Source: Macrostomum lignano
Lineage: Eukaryota
NCBI GenBank assembly: GCA_002269645.1
Contig: NIVC01000424.1
Span: 62,001-126,000 of the forward strand
Reading direction: 5' to 3'
DNA: 64,000 bases
This document shows positions 11,058-24,150 of the stretch, piece after piece. The position numbers were made by a program, and so were the translations under genes. Position 1 is the stretch's first letter; every line of letters begins with the position of its first letter. The notes under the pieces were generated by a model. The model was not told the DNA's origin and searched no databases. It saw nothing but the letters and a program-made list of their open reading frames with translations.

Positions 11058-11810
11058 ATGGCCATTGCAATCTATTTATATTTCTCTTTTCTCGCACTTG
11101 TACCAGTCGAACTGTCGGAACTGAGCTGCAACTCCAAGTTCCACCCCATCACTGGCTACCTGTGCATTCGCCGTGAGTTCGTCCGCACCATCGGCACCTG
11201 CACCAATCATGCCGGCTGCTCAATGCTGTGCGCCAGAGACCGGCGCTGTCAGGCGTTCAGCCTGGCTGACGGTCCGTGCCAGCTGTTCGTGTTCGACAAG
11301 TGCAGCAAGTCGGTGAGGGACTGCGGCTGCTCCAGGAGAGGCCGGGTGTTTGTGAAGCAGCAGCCGGGACTCGAGGCGGGCGCGCTGTGTCCGTCTGGCT
11401 ACGGAGACGATCTGTGCGGAGTGAAGTACAAGCTGTACAACAACACCGGAGACTGGTCGGTGAGCAGAGAGAAGTGCGAGTCGGAGAGCGGTCTGGTGAT
11501 CATGGCTGATGTGGTTGATGCGACCGAGATGAGCCACGTAGATGATCTGTACAACAAGCATAGCCTCGGCAAGTCGTTCTGGCTCGGCGGCTTTCTCGCT
11601 AAACGGCAGCCAAAAGAATCCTGGCACTGGGTCGCGTGCAACATCAGCATCGATCCTGAACTTTGGGCTTCTGGAGAATGGAAATTTAGTAATTTTCACG
11701 ACACCGGTGCTGTTAGATGGAGCTCGAAGCCAATGCTGACTGGCTTCAGTACATCAGACGCCAGATCAAATAGCATTCTTTGCGAGTGTGTGTCTCCTTT
11801 TGGGGAATAA
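11058..11810 (+). CDS. Secreted PAN/Apple + C-type lectin-like protein, copy 5 (intact, 250 aa, divergent C-terminus)
   Basis: ATG at 11058, signal peptide, PAN core almost identical to copy 3; CTLD C-terminal half replaced (FWLGGFLAKRQPKESWHW..WASGEWKFSNFHDTGAVRWSSKPMLTGF..ILCEC), no EPN. Confidence 0.88.
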   Translation: MAIAIYLYFSFLALVPVELSELSCNSKFHPITGYLCIRREFVRTIGTCTNHAGCSMLCARDRRCQAFSLADGPCQLFVFDKCSKSVRDCGCSRRGRVFVKQQPGLEAGALCPSGYGDDLCGVKYKLYNNTGDWSVSREKCESESGLVIMADVVDATEMSHVDDLYNKHSLGKSFWLGGFLAKRQPKESWHWVACNISIDPELWASGEWKFSNFHDTGAVRWSSKPMLTGFSTSDARSNSILCECVSPFGE

Positions 11811-13399
11811 CTGAATATTTTAAAAAGGATGGAAGATGATCTGAGAATAGATGAAGACTTATGATACCTTTATCACAATTTTGGACTAAATTATCAACGA
11901 AGTGTCTGCACAGCACAGCTGTCTGCGTCGTTCGTTGTCGATGCTACTTAACTAGAGATGCTCGTTTATATCTTTTCTATCTTTCTTTTTAATAACAAGC
12001 TGTTGCAAAGAAGTTTTCAAATCTAAGATTTTTTAGTCAACAATTATGGTTTTATTGCAAACCATTTTATCTTTCTCAGGCACACGAATACTGTTCCAGT
12101 AAATAATTATGTCGGTCTATTATTAATATTTTTTATTCTACGAATGAGCAAAACTAGCGCTATCATGTTGCATTAGTGGTTCGTGGTTTCTAAAACAAAA
12201 GTAAACTTCAGCGTTTCAATTATCAAAGAAGTAATTAAATGATCGCATTAATAAAATTTGATGCTGTGGCAGAATATTCCCTCTGGTTTTGTCTATGGGA
12301 TTTATTGTTCGTAATAGCTGCGGTTTATCCAAAGAAGCCTCAGATATGTTCGCTTCGCTCCCCAGGAAGCGACATTCGAAGAATTCCTTGTGCAAAGGAA
12401 TTTTTAGACTAAACTTGTACACGCGAAGCGAACAAAGAGGCTTCCATGGTTTATCACACAGATCTGTAGTTTATCACTATCCTACGTGATGTCCTGTGCC
12501 TAAAATCATAAAAAATGACACAGCTCAAAGTATTGGTTTATGAATCTCTTCTATCATTCCTTTGCACATGCTGTTTGTTACACAGTGAGCTTAGAATGAT
12601 AAAAATATTCATTAAAGCCAATGAGTCGAAATGTGCTATATTTATGATTTTTAGGCAACTGACATGTACGGTAGGTAGGATATTAAATAAACATTAGAAT
12701 CATATTTTTCTATGAATATGAAGGCAAGACTTGAAGGTAAGACATATCAAAGGATGAACATTGGGTTGCCGTTTTCTGATCGTATTTTATCAGTAAAAAA
12801 TTCCAATAAATTTACTTTCCCGTCCTTCCACTTGAGTACTCCTTGAGTTGTCACTCAAAATTTCAGTCTAAAGTCTGGAAAGTTAAAAAGCAGCTTGACA
12901 ATGCTGCCAGTTCTTTTGTCTTGCAACGTCGTCCCAGTTCACAGGCCAATAGTCATTGCTGATAATCAATACATCGCGCCGCTGCTCCTGCTACAGCTGC
13001 AAGGCTCCGAAGGAAGTTACACAATTCACGCCATCGCCAAGCTGACTATACTTGAACCTTGAGTTGCTTTCGCGCGAGTCGGTGTTTGGCGATGAATGGA
13101 GCTAAATAAAGCACTGGATCGTGAAGGGTTTCCAGCATTAGGCAACTGTGGGACAGATTAGCTTGGAAAATTATGGGCTAGGCAAACTTTTTTTTCTCGG
13201 TAAGGCAACATATGCTTTATGCTCAGTTTAAGCCTTTAACTTGCAGGTGTCGGTCCAGATATTTGCACAACATATACGTACGGGGGCGGAGCCAGGGGCG
13301 TCGCCATGGATTTTATGGTGGGGGGGGACAAAGCCAAGAATTCAACATGTACATGACTAGATTCCTACATGCACATTATTTTGAGAATCGTGTTGTCAG

Positions 13400-13798
13400 C
13401 GCTCATTTTGTCGCCGCAGGCACTCATTTTAGCGCCACAGGCACTCATTTTAGCGCCGCAGCCACTCATTTTAGCGCCGCAGGCACTCATTTTAGCGCCA
13501 CAGGCACTCATTTTAGCGCCACAGTCACTCATTTTAGCGCCGCAGGCACTCATTTTAGCGCCGCAGGCACTCATTTTAGCGCCGCAGGCACTCATTTTAG
13601 CGCCGCAGGCACTCATTTTAGCGCCGCAGGCACTCATTTTAGCGCCGCAGGCACTCATTTTAGCGCCGCAGGCACTCATTTTAGCGCCGCAGGCACTCAT
13701 TTTAGCGCCGCAGGCACTCATTTTAGCGCCACAGGCACTCATTTTAGCGCCGCAGGCACTCATTTTAGCGCCGCAGGCACTCATTTTAGCGCCGCAGT
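13400..13798 (+). repeat. 21-bp minisatellite GGCACTCATTTTAGCGCCGCA, ~18 copies
   Basis: Direct observation; repetitive ORFs in three frames are artefacts. Confidence 0.95.
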
Positions 13799-14852
13799 CA
13801 GTGGAACGGGTGGAATTATCGTCGTTGCGCCTGGGTGCTTGCAGCTCCCTGCAATTATTATTAATTATAATACAGCTATCCAACTCCAAAATAGTTTCTT
13901 TCGATGCATCATTTTCAAGCCTTCAACTGCAACCCAAAATGAATATCCTAAACCTTAAAAAGTGATTTGGGCACTGATCGAAGGATCAAGGATGAGTACA
14001 CGATTCGACAAATTGACCAAAATCCTTTAATGGATGTTTGTTACATTTTCAATATGATAGCATCAATGAAAAAGGAACTTCAAAGCTGTAAGGCTTCGAG
14101 GTTGTGAAAAATCATTGGAATTAAATTTCCTTTCCTTTGAGTGTTACTCAAGAAAACACCAATGGAAGATGTGCTTATCCGGATGCCGGTCTGGGAGAAT
14201 CGTTGCAAAATGCAGTTTGCTCAATATCGAGAGCGCATGAAGTTGGATCGGAAAAAGTTGCAAGATGACCCAGGATGCCTCTAGCCCATGAAGTCAGCAA
14301 TCCGCGGGGCACAAATGCAGCCCGCTATGCTCTCTTCTCTCCTCTCACCTCTTCTCTTCGTTCTCTCCTCCCTCCTCTTTCCTTGAGGCGACTTGTATAC
14401 TACCTACAAGTAGTTTGAGTCGCAAACCATTCATATCAATGAATGGATCATATTACTAACAGTAGTACTGCAAAGTACGTAAAAGTTCCATGCGGATGTA
14501 TAAAATCGAGCTGTTTCCTCCACTAGTACGACACTTGAACTTGGCGTTCCAAAGGCGAGGGAGGCGCGTGAACAAGGAAGGCGAGGTGCGAGAGGAGATG
14601 TGTTGAGCAACAAAAAATCATTAGACAATTTTCCTCCATATTTTCTTCCCAGTAAATTCAAGGCAACACCAGTCTCTGCTTGAGCACGTGTCTGAATTCT
14701 CACAAGTAGTGCTCAGCTGCAGAATGAGGCACCGCCATAAGGAACTTCTCCACCAGCCTCATGTCCTGTATAACTACCCCGCTCGTGCAGGACCGCTGCC
14801 TTCACATTTATATGGACTCTGTGTACTTCTGAAACTTAGGGTATTCTAGGTT

Positions 14853-15147
<295 letters not shown>

Positions 15148-15483
15148 ATCGAACCTGACCTGGCCTGGCCTGTCTAAACTTTACTCAGCGAGTCAACATC
15201 AATGCAGCTGAAATCCAATCGATGGCACGCTGAGGCCAGCAGGGGTATCAAATCTTTAGCACGCCGGCGAGAAAAGCTCGGATCAAAAATCATAAAAAAA
15301 ACTGCGGCATTCTTTTTTCTAGAGTTTTTGTTTCCCAAGGAGGCGGTAGAAGCCGAAACCGCAAAAATGAAACCAAGATTATCGACTGATGATTAGTTCT
15401 CAATCTGAAGGACAGGCCCTACTATGCCTTAAAACTCGAGAACTCACCTTAATAACTGGGCTTGGAAATGGGTCTCATGGAAT

Positions 15484-15621
<138 letters not shown>

Positions 15622-16486
15622 ACTTCTCCTTTGCCCTCTTCTCTACAGTCCCTTGAATAATTCTATAAAGGAATAATTTCACAACCGTAGTAAACCATAA
15701 ATCAGAATCCTTCTCCACGGAAAAAGTTCGAAGTACGCTCGAATGGATTTTTGCAATAACCGAAATGGAACAGATTTAGATATTGCGATTGTACATAAGC
15801 GACTCCCAAAGAGTGTTTGATATTTGGCCAGCTGTCTCACCGTACAGGGCCATCTCATGCCTCTCAGGCTAAACTTATTATCAGCTCAGGCAAGGAGATC
15901 AAGAGGAAGTATGTTATGATAGAAGTTCCACACGCCAACTGGCAACCGAATGCACGAGGCTTGTATTGTGCACATAGAAGGTCATTGATATCAAAAGCGA
16001 TGCTGTGCTGATGCTGTCTGTAAATCTAATAAAACCAGCATCTGATAGGACTCAAAAGAGCATGGCGCCACCTTCTCAAACTGTCAGGCAACATTCGAAC
16101 TGAACAAAATAGGCCGACAAAAAAATCGAATCCCAAAGAAGGCTTTCTAAGCTAAGCGACGAAGATGGGATTAATGAACACGCATCGGCTGAATAGGCAC
16201 GAAATTCCTTTCACGGATTTGAATAACTTCAAAGACTTCTGTGCCTGTTGGTCGTGCAGTTAATTGCGCTCATCAAATTTTTGTTCTGGCAATCAAACAA
16301 AATAAAATACTGAAAAAGTTGCTGTGGACTATAACGCGATCCCAGCTAGTCCTGTGGGGGATTTCCATCCCCTCTGCGGGGGGAGGCAGAGATAAGCGAT
16401 GGAGAAATAGGATCTGGCGCAGCAAGCCTCGAGAATTACAAGAATCGTTGATCGGATAATATTTCGCCTTGATCAGCGGGCAAGCG

Positions 16487-19400
16487 TCAAACGTCAGTTT
16501 CCATGGCAATTGGAAATTCGATAGTCTCGAGCAGTTTCGCCATGGAGGGGGAGATGGACAGGGACTGGTGCTGCGGTCTTGGCGGCAGCGGTGGCGGGAA
16601 CTGCTGCGGCTGGGCCGAGTAAGACTGCGACCTGCACGCGCCCAAGACCGAATCCAAACCGCTACCCGAACTCCGACGCTGGTGCCGTTGTTGCTGCTGT
16701 TGCTGCTTTTTAGCTAGCAGAACCCGACGTCGCACCGGCAGAGGCAGGGTGGTCACCAGGCGCCGGTTCCCGACCAGCAGCTCCGGCCGCCGGATGCGGT
16801 CCGGCTCGAATCCGGCAACTCCGCTCGCTTCGTCGTCGATGTTGCTTTCGTCACGATCGGGGTCGTAAATTTCGTCGTTGTCATCGTTAGCACTGTTGTC
16901 ATGGAAACCGGCGGCGCTAGCGACAGGCGCGGCGAAATCGGCGGAGCAGACGTAGCGAGGCAGGTCGTAGGGCGACGAAGAGTGCGGATTGGGGCTGCCG
17001 CCGATGCCCATGGTGCAGGAGGGCGGCGGCACCAGGTCTGGCGGGATGCCGCAGCAGCGGGTGGACGAAAACAGCGGCTGTCGTTCAGCCGATCCGCACA
17101 CAGACGGGGCTGCCGGCATCAGCAGGGGCGACTTTCGCGGATAGCAGCCGGCTCCGGAGCACGACGTCGCCGAGTTGCAGGATGTTGACGTAGCCGACGC
17201 TACCCCGGTCGCCGCGGCGCCAGAGGAGGCCGAGTGAGTCGAAACCGCTGCACCGTTGGCAGCCGTTGCCGCCGCGATCCGCCTGGCCGCGCCACCCGAC
17301 TGGCCGCCTCCGCCGCCGCCGCCGCGAAGGAAGAAAAACTCGGCAAATCTGCGAGAATTGGCCACCGCCACGGCCACCGTGGCCACCGCTAAAGCCACGA
17401 CAACCGCTCCGGAGGCGACGCCGACAACAAGAAGAACCGAGGCGCCGACTAAGTCGTTTCGGCTGTCGCCATTTCCAGGGCTTCTACCGCCGCCCTCACC
17501 GCCACCAACAGCGCTGCCGCCACCATTCCGCGGACGTCGGTCGCGCAGAATGATGATGGAGTTTGTAGAGTTCTCAGCCCCCGCTGCAGCTGCTGCTGAA
17601 GCCGTCGAGGCTGCGGAAGTTGGTGGACAATTTTGGTGTTGAAACTCCAGCAGCGACAAGCGGCGGCAGCGGAGACGTCGGTGCTCGTCTGGCAGGGCCG
17701 CTAAAATGCGACTCCATCGAGTCGGCTCGAACAGGTCGCAATGACAAGCCAGTTCGGCGTCTCCGAGTTCAATACGAACGCCGCGGTCGGCTCCAGCGTC
17801 AAGCAGGGCGTCGGGCAAGTCGACGAGACCGCTGTCGGTGAGGTTCAACAGGCGGAGACTGGTGAAATGTCGCAGGCCGATCAGATGAGACGCCGGTCCG
17901 AGACGGTTTCGGCTGAGGTCGAGCTCGTCCACTTGGCCGGCTCGCGCTGGCGCATCCGGGTCGGTGATGTCGGCAATTCGATTTCCGCTCAGCCGGAGCC
18001 GGTAGCGGACGCGGTGAACTCCGACTGGGAGGCGGCGTGGCAAAGCGGTCAGACTGGCCGTTTCGGTGCAGTCTACTGTGAGGCTGGAATCGGCGACCAG
18101 CTCGAAGCAGAGGCAACCTGGTTTTCAGTTGTGCAAGAGGCAGAAAGATTTGTTACAGAGTGTGTTGTTTTGCTGTTTGATTGGTCTGGCGAACTGTGTC
18201 TGTAAAACGCTACGTTTATGATAAACTGCGTTACATTAAAATGACAAAATGTTCTAACTTGTTAATCGATAGATGCGTTCGTTGGAAGTCCTCTTTTCCT
18301 AAACTGTAAAACGCACCCTAAAAACTTTCTGAATTATAGGCCAAATCAATGATTTAATCTCACCTGATGGACAATCGATCCGGTGATCACACCGCAGCTC
18401 GTCGCCTTGTAGGCTGAGCAAAGTTGGCGGCGTCTTGTCGACTCCACCGCCGCCGCTGCGCTCGCACGGCAAGTCGAGCCAAGCATCGATGGCCAGAGCG
18501 TTACGCCGAGCAAACAACCCAGCCGACGGTCTACCGCCACTGATCCGGCTGTCAGCGGAGCCGGAGGCAGCGGCGGCGCTTTTGAAGTATCGCCAAGCGT
18601 GCAGAGCTCGACAGTCGCAGGCAAGGGTGCTGCCCCGGTTGTCCACGTGCAGGAAGGGTTGGAAGGCGTCTCGGTAGAGTTTCAGACGGGCGACGACCGC
18701 GTCCGGAGCGCCATCGAGAGGCGGCACTGGCAGGCCCCAGAGGCGTCGAAGTCCGAAGGCTTCAGGGCCGAGCTGGTTGTGCGTCAGTCGCACCGTCAGC
18801 CGCAGATAATAGGACGCGTCGGTTGACCTGCGAATTTCGCGCTCGCGTTCCACGGCTCTAATGTCGTCAAGGGTCCATCTCCAACGCAGCCGGTTGGTCA
18901 GTAGGGTGACCTGATTGTGGCTAAGATTCACCTCCTGCAGGCTGGCCAGGCGAACCAGCGACACGTCAACTTGTTTAACGCGACATCGGGCGGCGTTCAA
19001 CGTTTTTAATCGGCTACGACGTGGATTTGGCAGGTGAGTGACAAAGATTGCTTCTAGTAGAGAATTCTCCGATACGTCCATCACCTCTAGCGACTCCAAG
19101 TAGAGCAGCTGTGTGATGTCCAGTTGCACTAGCTTATTGCCGCGAAGACTCAAACTGCGAAGACGTCGGAGACAGTCTTGCTGCAGTCTCGGCTCCAGCG
19201 GATAAATGAACTCCGCGATGGCATTCTCGGACAGGTCAACCGAGGTCAGATTGGCAAAGCGGCACAGATCGCGAAGCGGAGGCCTGCGCAATCCAGCCCG
19301 AGTCATGCTGAAGTTGCTCACCCGACCCTCGGCCGCCGTTGGCAATCTGCAGCCGTCGTGAGCAGTCAGAGCGTAGCTCGGCGAACTGCTGCCGTCAAGC

Positions 19401-19597
19401 TCGCAACGGTGCACAGTCAGGACGGAGTTTGGCTTCAACGAGCTTCTAGAGTCATCGCTGGGGGATTCAAGGATCACGTGACGACAGGACTGCCAAGCGC
19501 AACCGGAGTGGCCGATGGCAGCGGCCGATGACACCACGGATAGGACCGTGAAACATGACAGCAGTCGAACTGAAAGCGCCGCAGCCGCCGCAGACAT
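16487..19597 (-). CDS. Single-pass transmembrane leucine-rich-repeat protein with Toll-like ectodomain and no TIR; 2 exons, 954 aa
   Basis: Exons 19597-18364 and 18117-16487 (donor TCAG|gtgag, acceptor aaccag|GTTGC; total 2865 nt, in frame, giving CPSG|CLCFE). Signal peptide; LRRs (LTSVDLSENAI, LRSLSLRGNKL, LEVMDVSENSL, LQEVNLSHNQV); LRRCT (LACDCRAL..WLDLPC); LRRNT; further LRRs (LRLSGNRI, LDLSRNRL); second LRRCT (LACHCDL); TM helix LVGASVLLVVGVASGAVVVALAVATVAVAV; low-complexity tail ending METDV. Confidence 0.85.
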
Positions 19598-20179
19598 TCG
19601 CTAGCTTCGTGGCCAAACTGCGGGACTCCTATTGAAAGCTTCGATGACTGATCCTCTAGCTGCGTGTCCAGCTCCGGGTTACATGCTGCGTGCTAGTTTT
19701 AAAACAGCACGCCTACATTTCTGTCCGTGGCCTGTCATTGGCTGCGAATCCGCCCCATGCAGCAGCCCTTTTGCCTTCCTGTCTGCCTGCTACTCTATCC
19801 ATCCTTCCTGGCAGCACTGGGATGCATCGCAGTTTAATTTTTAAGCCTTGCACGGTCAAAAAAACTTCAAGCGCTCCTCTCCTTTTCCCTGCACCTATCG
19901 CTCGGCTCTCGGGTTCTCTCCCCATCCAACCCGCTTGTCCTTCTTGCAAAACTCTCTAGAGAGTTTCTGCGACAGGGCAAGCATTCCTGCAGCACTAAGC
20001 TCTGCGTTTCACTGAATTTCTGCTTTTGTTTAATGTCGGAGAAGTAATCCGCTATCTCATCTCATTTCCTGTCTCTATCTCATCCCTCAATTTGATCTTA
20101 ATCTCTTGTTTGGCTCCCAAAGTTCCATGTGATTCTCGGAGTTGACTGCTCAATAGCAAAAGTCTGTTTTTGATCTCTC

Positions 20180-20850
20180 ACGATTGCTTCAAGTCTGGCT
20201 GTTTTTCAGTTCTCACGATTGCTTCGAGTCTGCTTTTGGGTTCTCACAATTGCTTCAAGTCTGGCTGTTTTTCAGTTCTCACGATTGCTTCGAGTCTGCT
20301 TTTGGGTTCTCACAATTGCTTCAAGTCTGGCTGTTGTTCAGTTTTCACGATTGCTTCGAGTCTGCTTTTGGGTTCTCAGGATTGCTTTGAGTCTGCTTTT
20401 GGGTTCTCACGATTGCTTCAAGTCTGGCTGTTGTTCAGTTCTCACGATTGCTTCGAGTCTGCTTTTGGGTTCTCAGGATTGCTTTGAGTCTGCTTTTGGG
20501 TTCTCACGATTGCTTCGAGTCTGCTTTTGGGTTCTCAGGATTGCTTTGAGTCTGCTTTTGGGTTCTCACGATTGCTTCGAGTCTGCTTTTGGGTTCTCAC
20601 GATTGCTTCGAGTCTGCTTTTGGGTTCTCACGATTGCTTCGAGTCTGCTTTTGGGTTCTCACGATTGCTTCGAGTCTGCTTTTGGGTTCTCACGATTGCT
20701 TCGAGTCTGTCTGCTTTTGAGTTCTCACGGTCTGTTTTTGAGTTCTCACGTCGATTGCTTCAGGTCTGCTTTTGAGTTCTCACGGTCTGTTTTTGAGTTC
20801 TCACGTCGATTGCTTCAACTCTGCTTTTGAGTTCTCACGATTGCTTCAAG
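20180..20850 (+). repeat. 31-bp minisatellite GAGTCTGCTTTTGGGTTCTCACGATTGCTTC
   Basis: Period 31 measured between gtctg at 20581 and 20612; degenerate at both ends. Confidence 0.93.
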
Positions 20851-21427
20851 TCTGAGTCCTTCGAGATTTCCCCTCTATCCTTCCTATCTGAAAAAGAAGT
20901 TTAGCAAAACAATTGCATATTCAAGGCAGGTCAAATTGCTAAACCCAACAACCGAACGCATAGCAATTTTCTTGAAATAACTACCAGGCCAAGGCAGCAT
21001 CAGTCAACCAGCAGAGTGACATGACCTGACACGAACTGTCAATCATTAATTAGCCCAACCAGCTGTGAGTCTGCGGCTCAATCGATAGCTTCGATATCAT
21101 ATTTCATATCTATAGTTTAGGAAACTTTTCTCTAGCCGGTGACTATTTGAATAAATAAATTATAAAGTTCTCAAGTCTGTCAACTTCAAGGATTTGATTA
21201 ATTACTGGTCAAACTCTGGCTTGAGCAGTGCAGTACAAGCACTATAGGGGCGATATGAACTGCAGCTCTGACCCCGCACGAAACTGAGACCCCAGCCTCA
21301 CTGACAGTTTCATCAGCTGCTCTATTTGATAATTATTTAGCTTTGAGTATCAGCTTACCTGTCTATTACCTGCCTCTTCTATTCAGTCATCTTGGAACTT
21401 GGAAGGCTTACTTTCCAGCCTAAAACA

Positions 21428-22820
21428 GTTCCCCCAACTCCAGTTCCCCAACTCCAGTTCCCCAACTCCAGTTCCCCAACTCCAGTTCCCCAACTCCAGT
21501 TCCCCAACTCCAGTTCCCCAACTCCAGTTCCCCAACTCCAGTTCCCCAACTCCAGTTCCCCAACTCCAGTTCCCCAACTCCAGTTCCCCAACTCCAGTTC
21601 CCCAACTCCAGTTCCCCAACTCCAGTTCCCCAACTCCAGTTCCCCAACTCCAGTTCCCCAACTCCAGTTCCCCAACTCCAGTTCCCCAACTCCAGTTCCC
21701 CAACTTCAGTTCCCCAACTCCAGTCCCCCAACTCCAGTCCCCCAACTCCAGTTCCCCAACTCCAGTTCCCCCAACTCCAGTTCCCCAACTCCAGATCCCC
21801 AACTCCAGTTCCCCAACTCCAGTTCCCCCAACTCCAGTTCCCCAACTCCAGATCCCCAACTCCAGTTCCCCAACTCCAGTTCCCCAACTCCGGTTCCCCC
21901 AACTCCAGTTCCCCAACTCCAGTTCCCCAACTCCAGTTCCCCAACTCCAGTTCCCCAACTCCAGTTCCCCAACTCCAGTTCCCCAACTCCAGTTCCCCAA
22001 CTCCAGTCCCCCAACTCCAGTCCCCCAACTCCAGTTCCCCAACTCCAGTTCCCCCAACTCCAGTTCCCCAACTCCAGATCCCCAACTCCAGTTCCCCAAC
22101 TCCAGTTCCCCAACTCCGGTTCCCCCAACTCCAGTTCCCCAACTCCAGTTCCCCAACTCCAGTTCCCCAACTCCAGTTCCCCAACTCCAGTTCCCCAACT
22201 CCAGTTCCCCAACTCCAGTTCCCCAACTCCAGATCCCCAACTCCAGTTCCCCAACTCCAGTTCCCCAACTCCAGTTCCCCAACTCCAGATCCCCAACTCC
22301 AGTTCCCCAACTCCAGTTCCCCAACTCCAGTTCCCCAACTCCAGTTCCCCAACTCCAGTTCCCCAACTCCAGTTCCCCAACTCCAGTTCCCCAACTCCAG
22401 ATCCCCAACTCCAGTTCCCCAACTCCAGTTCCCCAACTCCAGTTCCCCAACTCCAGATCCCCAACTCCAGTTCCCCAACTCCAGTTCCCCAACTCCAGTT
22501 CCCCAACTCCAGTTCCCCAACTCCAGTTCCCCCAACTCCAGATCCCCAACTCCAGTTCCCCAACTCCAGTTCCCCCAACTCCAGTTCCCCAACTCCAGTT
22601 CCCCAACTCCAGTTCCCCAACTCCAGTTCCCCAACTCCAGTTCCCCAACTCCAGTTCCCCAACTCCAGTTCCCCAACTCCAGTTCCCCAACTCCAGTTCC
22701 CCAACTCCAGTTCCCCAACTCCAGTTCCCCAACTCCAGTTCCCCAACTCCAGTTCCCCAACTCCAGTTCCCCAACTCCAGTTCCCCAACTCCAGTTCCCC
22801 AACTCCAGTTCCCCAACTCC
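21428..22820 (+). repeat. 14-bp minisatellite CCCCAACTCCAGTT, ~100 copies
   Basis: Direct observation; the long ORFs on both strands are repeat artefacts. Confidence 0.97.
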
Positions 22821-23004
22821 TTGCTGGCTTGAGAGTTTCAAATTGAGAATTTTCACGTTGACTGAGACTGAAGATTCAGGTAGGATTTTTATATTACCTA
22901 TCGCATTTGGTGCTGATTGTTGGTTGATGGGAAAACTGCCTTTGAGGAAACGGCTTTCTGCTTTGCAATCAAAGGTTGAATAGAAGGTAGGGTGAGATGA
23001 GTAG

Positions 23005-23165
23005 AGATGGAGATGGAGATGGAGATGTAGAGTAAGATAGAGATGGAGATGAGATAGAGATACAGATGGAGATGGAGATGGAGATGGAGATGGAGATAGA
23101 GATGGAGAGAGAGAGGGAGAGGGAGAGGGAGAGGGAAAGGGAGATAGGGAGGTAGAGAGGCAGAA
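23005..23165 (+). repeat. (GAGATG)n / GA-rich simple repeat
   Basis: Direct observation. Confidence 0.9.
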
Positions 23166-23689
23166 GCAGTGGGAATAAAAATGCGATACCAGATAGCCAC
23201 GGAGAGAGGTAGAAAGCATAAGACAGGTTAGATAAAGGTCTCTCCTCTGGTTTCGAAATCATCTTCAAGAACCATGCACGCTGCGTAATAAGTACTCAGA
23301 AAGTCTTCGGATTTCTAAGAAAAGATTATTCCTCGGACAGTCGCAAGGAAAATGAGACCAATTAATGAATTAATATTTCTTTGATGCATTTATACGTGAG
23401 TCAATGACTGGTGAGTGAGTTCTGAAGTCAGTTGAACGGCTATGCGAGGTTAAGGCCATAATGGGATGCAATTGTGCGACTTTCAACAATCAAACAACTA
23501 ATCCTATGTAGATGGCTCAAATTACATTAATATTTAATAAATTTAGTAACTTTAGCGAATTAGGCAATTGATATACGCTCGTGTACTCGTAGTAATTGCA
23601 AGAAATTTAGGCCTTGAAAAATTGTCTCTCAGTCTACCTCTCGCTATCTCTCGCCTACCTTTTAATCTACCTTAATTGTCTACCTTTCT

Positions 23690-24150
23690 GTCCGCTAATT
23701 GTCTACTTTTCAGTCTAATTGTCTACCTCTCAGTCTACTACTTACCTAACCTACCTCTCAGTCTACTAATTACCTACCTATCAGTCTACAATTTACCTAC
23801 CTCTCAGTCTACTAACTACCTACCTCTCAGTCTACTAATTGACTACCTCTCAATCTACTAATTACCTACCTCTCAGTCTACTAATTACCTACCTCTCAGT
23901 CTACTAATTACCTAACTCTCAGTCTACTAATTGACTACCTCTCAGTCTACTAATTACCTACCTCTCAGTCTACTAATTGACTACCTCTCAGTCTACTAAT
24001 TACCTACCTCTCAGTCTACTAACTACCTACCTCTCAGTCTACTAATTACCTACCTCTCAGTCTACTAATTACCTAACTCTCAGTCTACTAATTGACTACC
24101 TCTCAGTCTACTAATTACCTACCTATCAGTCTACTAATTGTCTACCTCTC
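23690..24150 (+). repeat. 23-27-bp minisatellite CTACCTCTCAGTCTACTAATT(A/G)AC
   Basis: Direct observation. Confidence 0.9.

Noticed and set aside
21428-22820. Telomeric repeat (contains TTGGGG on the minus strand)
   Set aside because: The unit is 14 bp, interstitial and not a canonical animal telomere motif.
21379-23219. Long ORFs of 360-599 aa (GNWSWGTGVGELEL / PQLQFPNSSSPTPV repeats)
   Set aside because: Open in several frames on both strands only because the 14-bp unit lacks stops.
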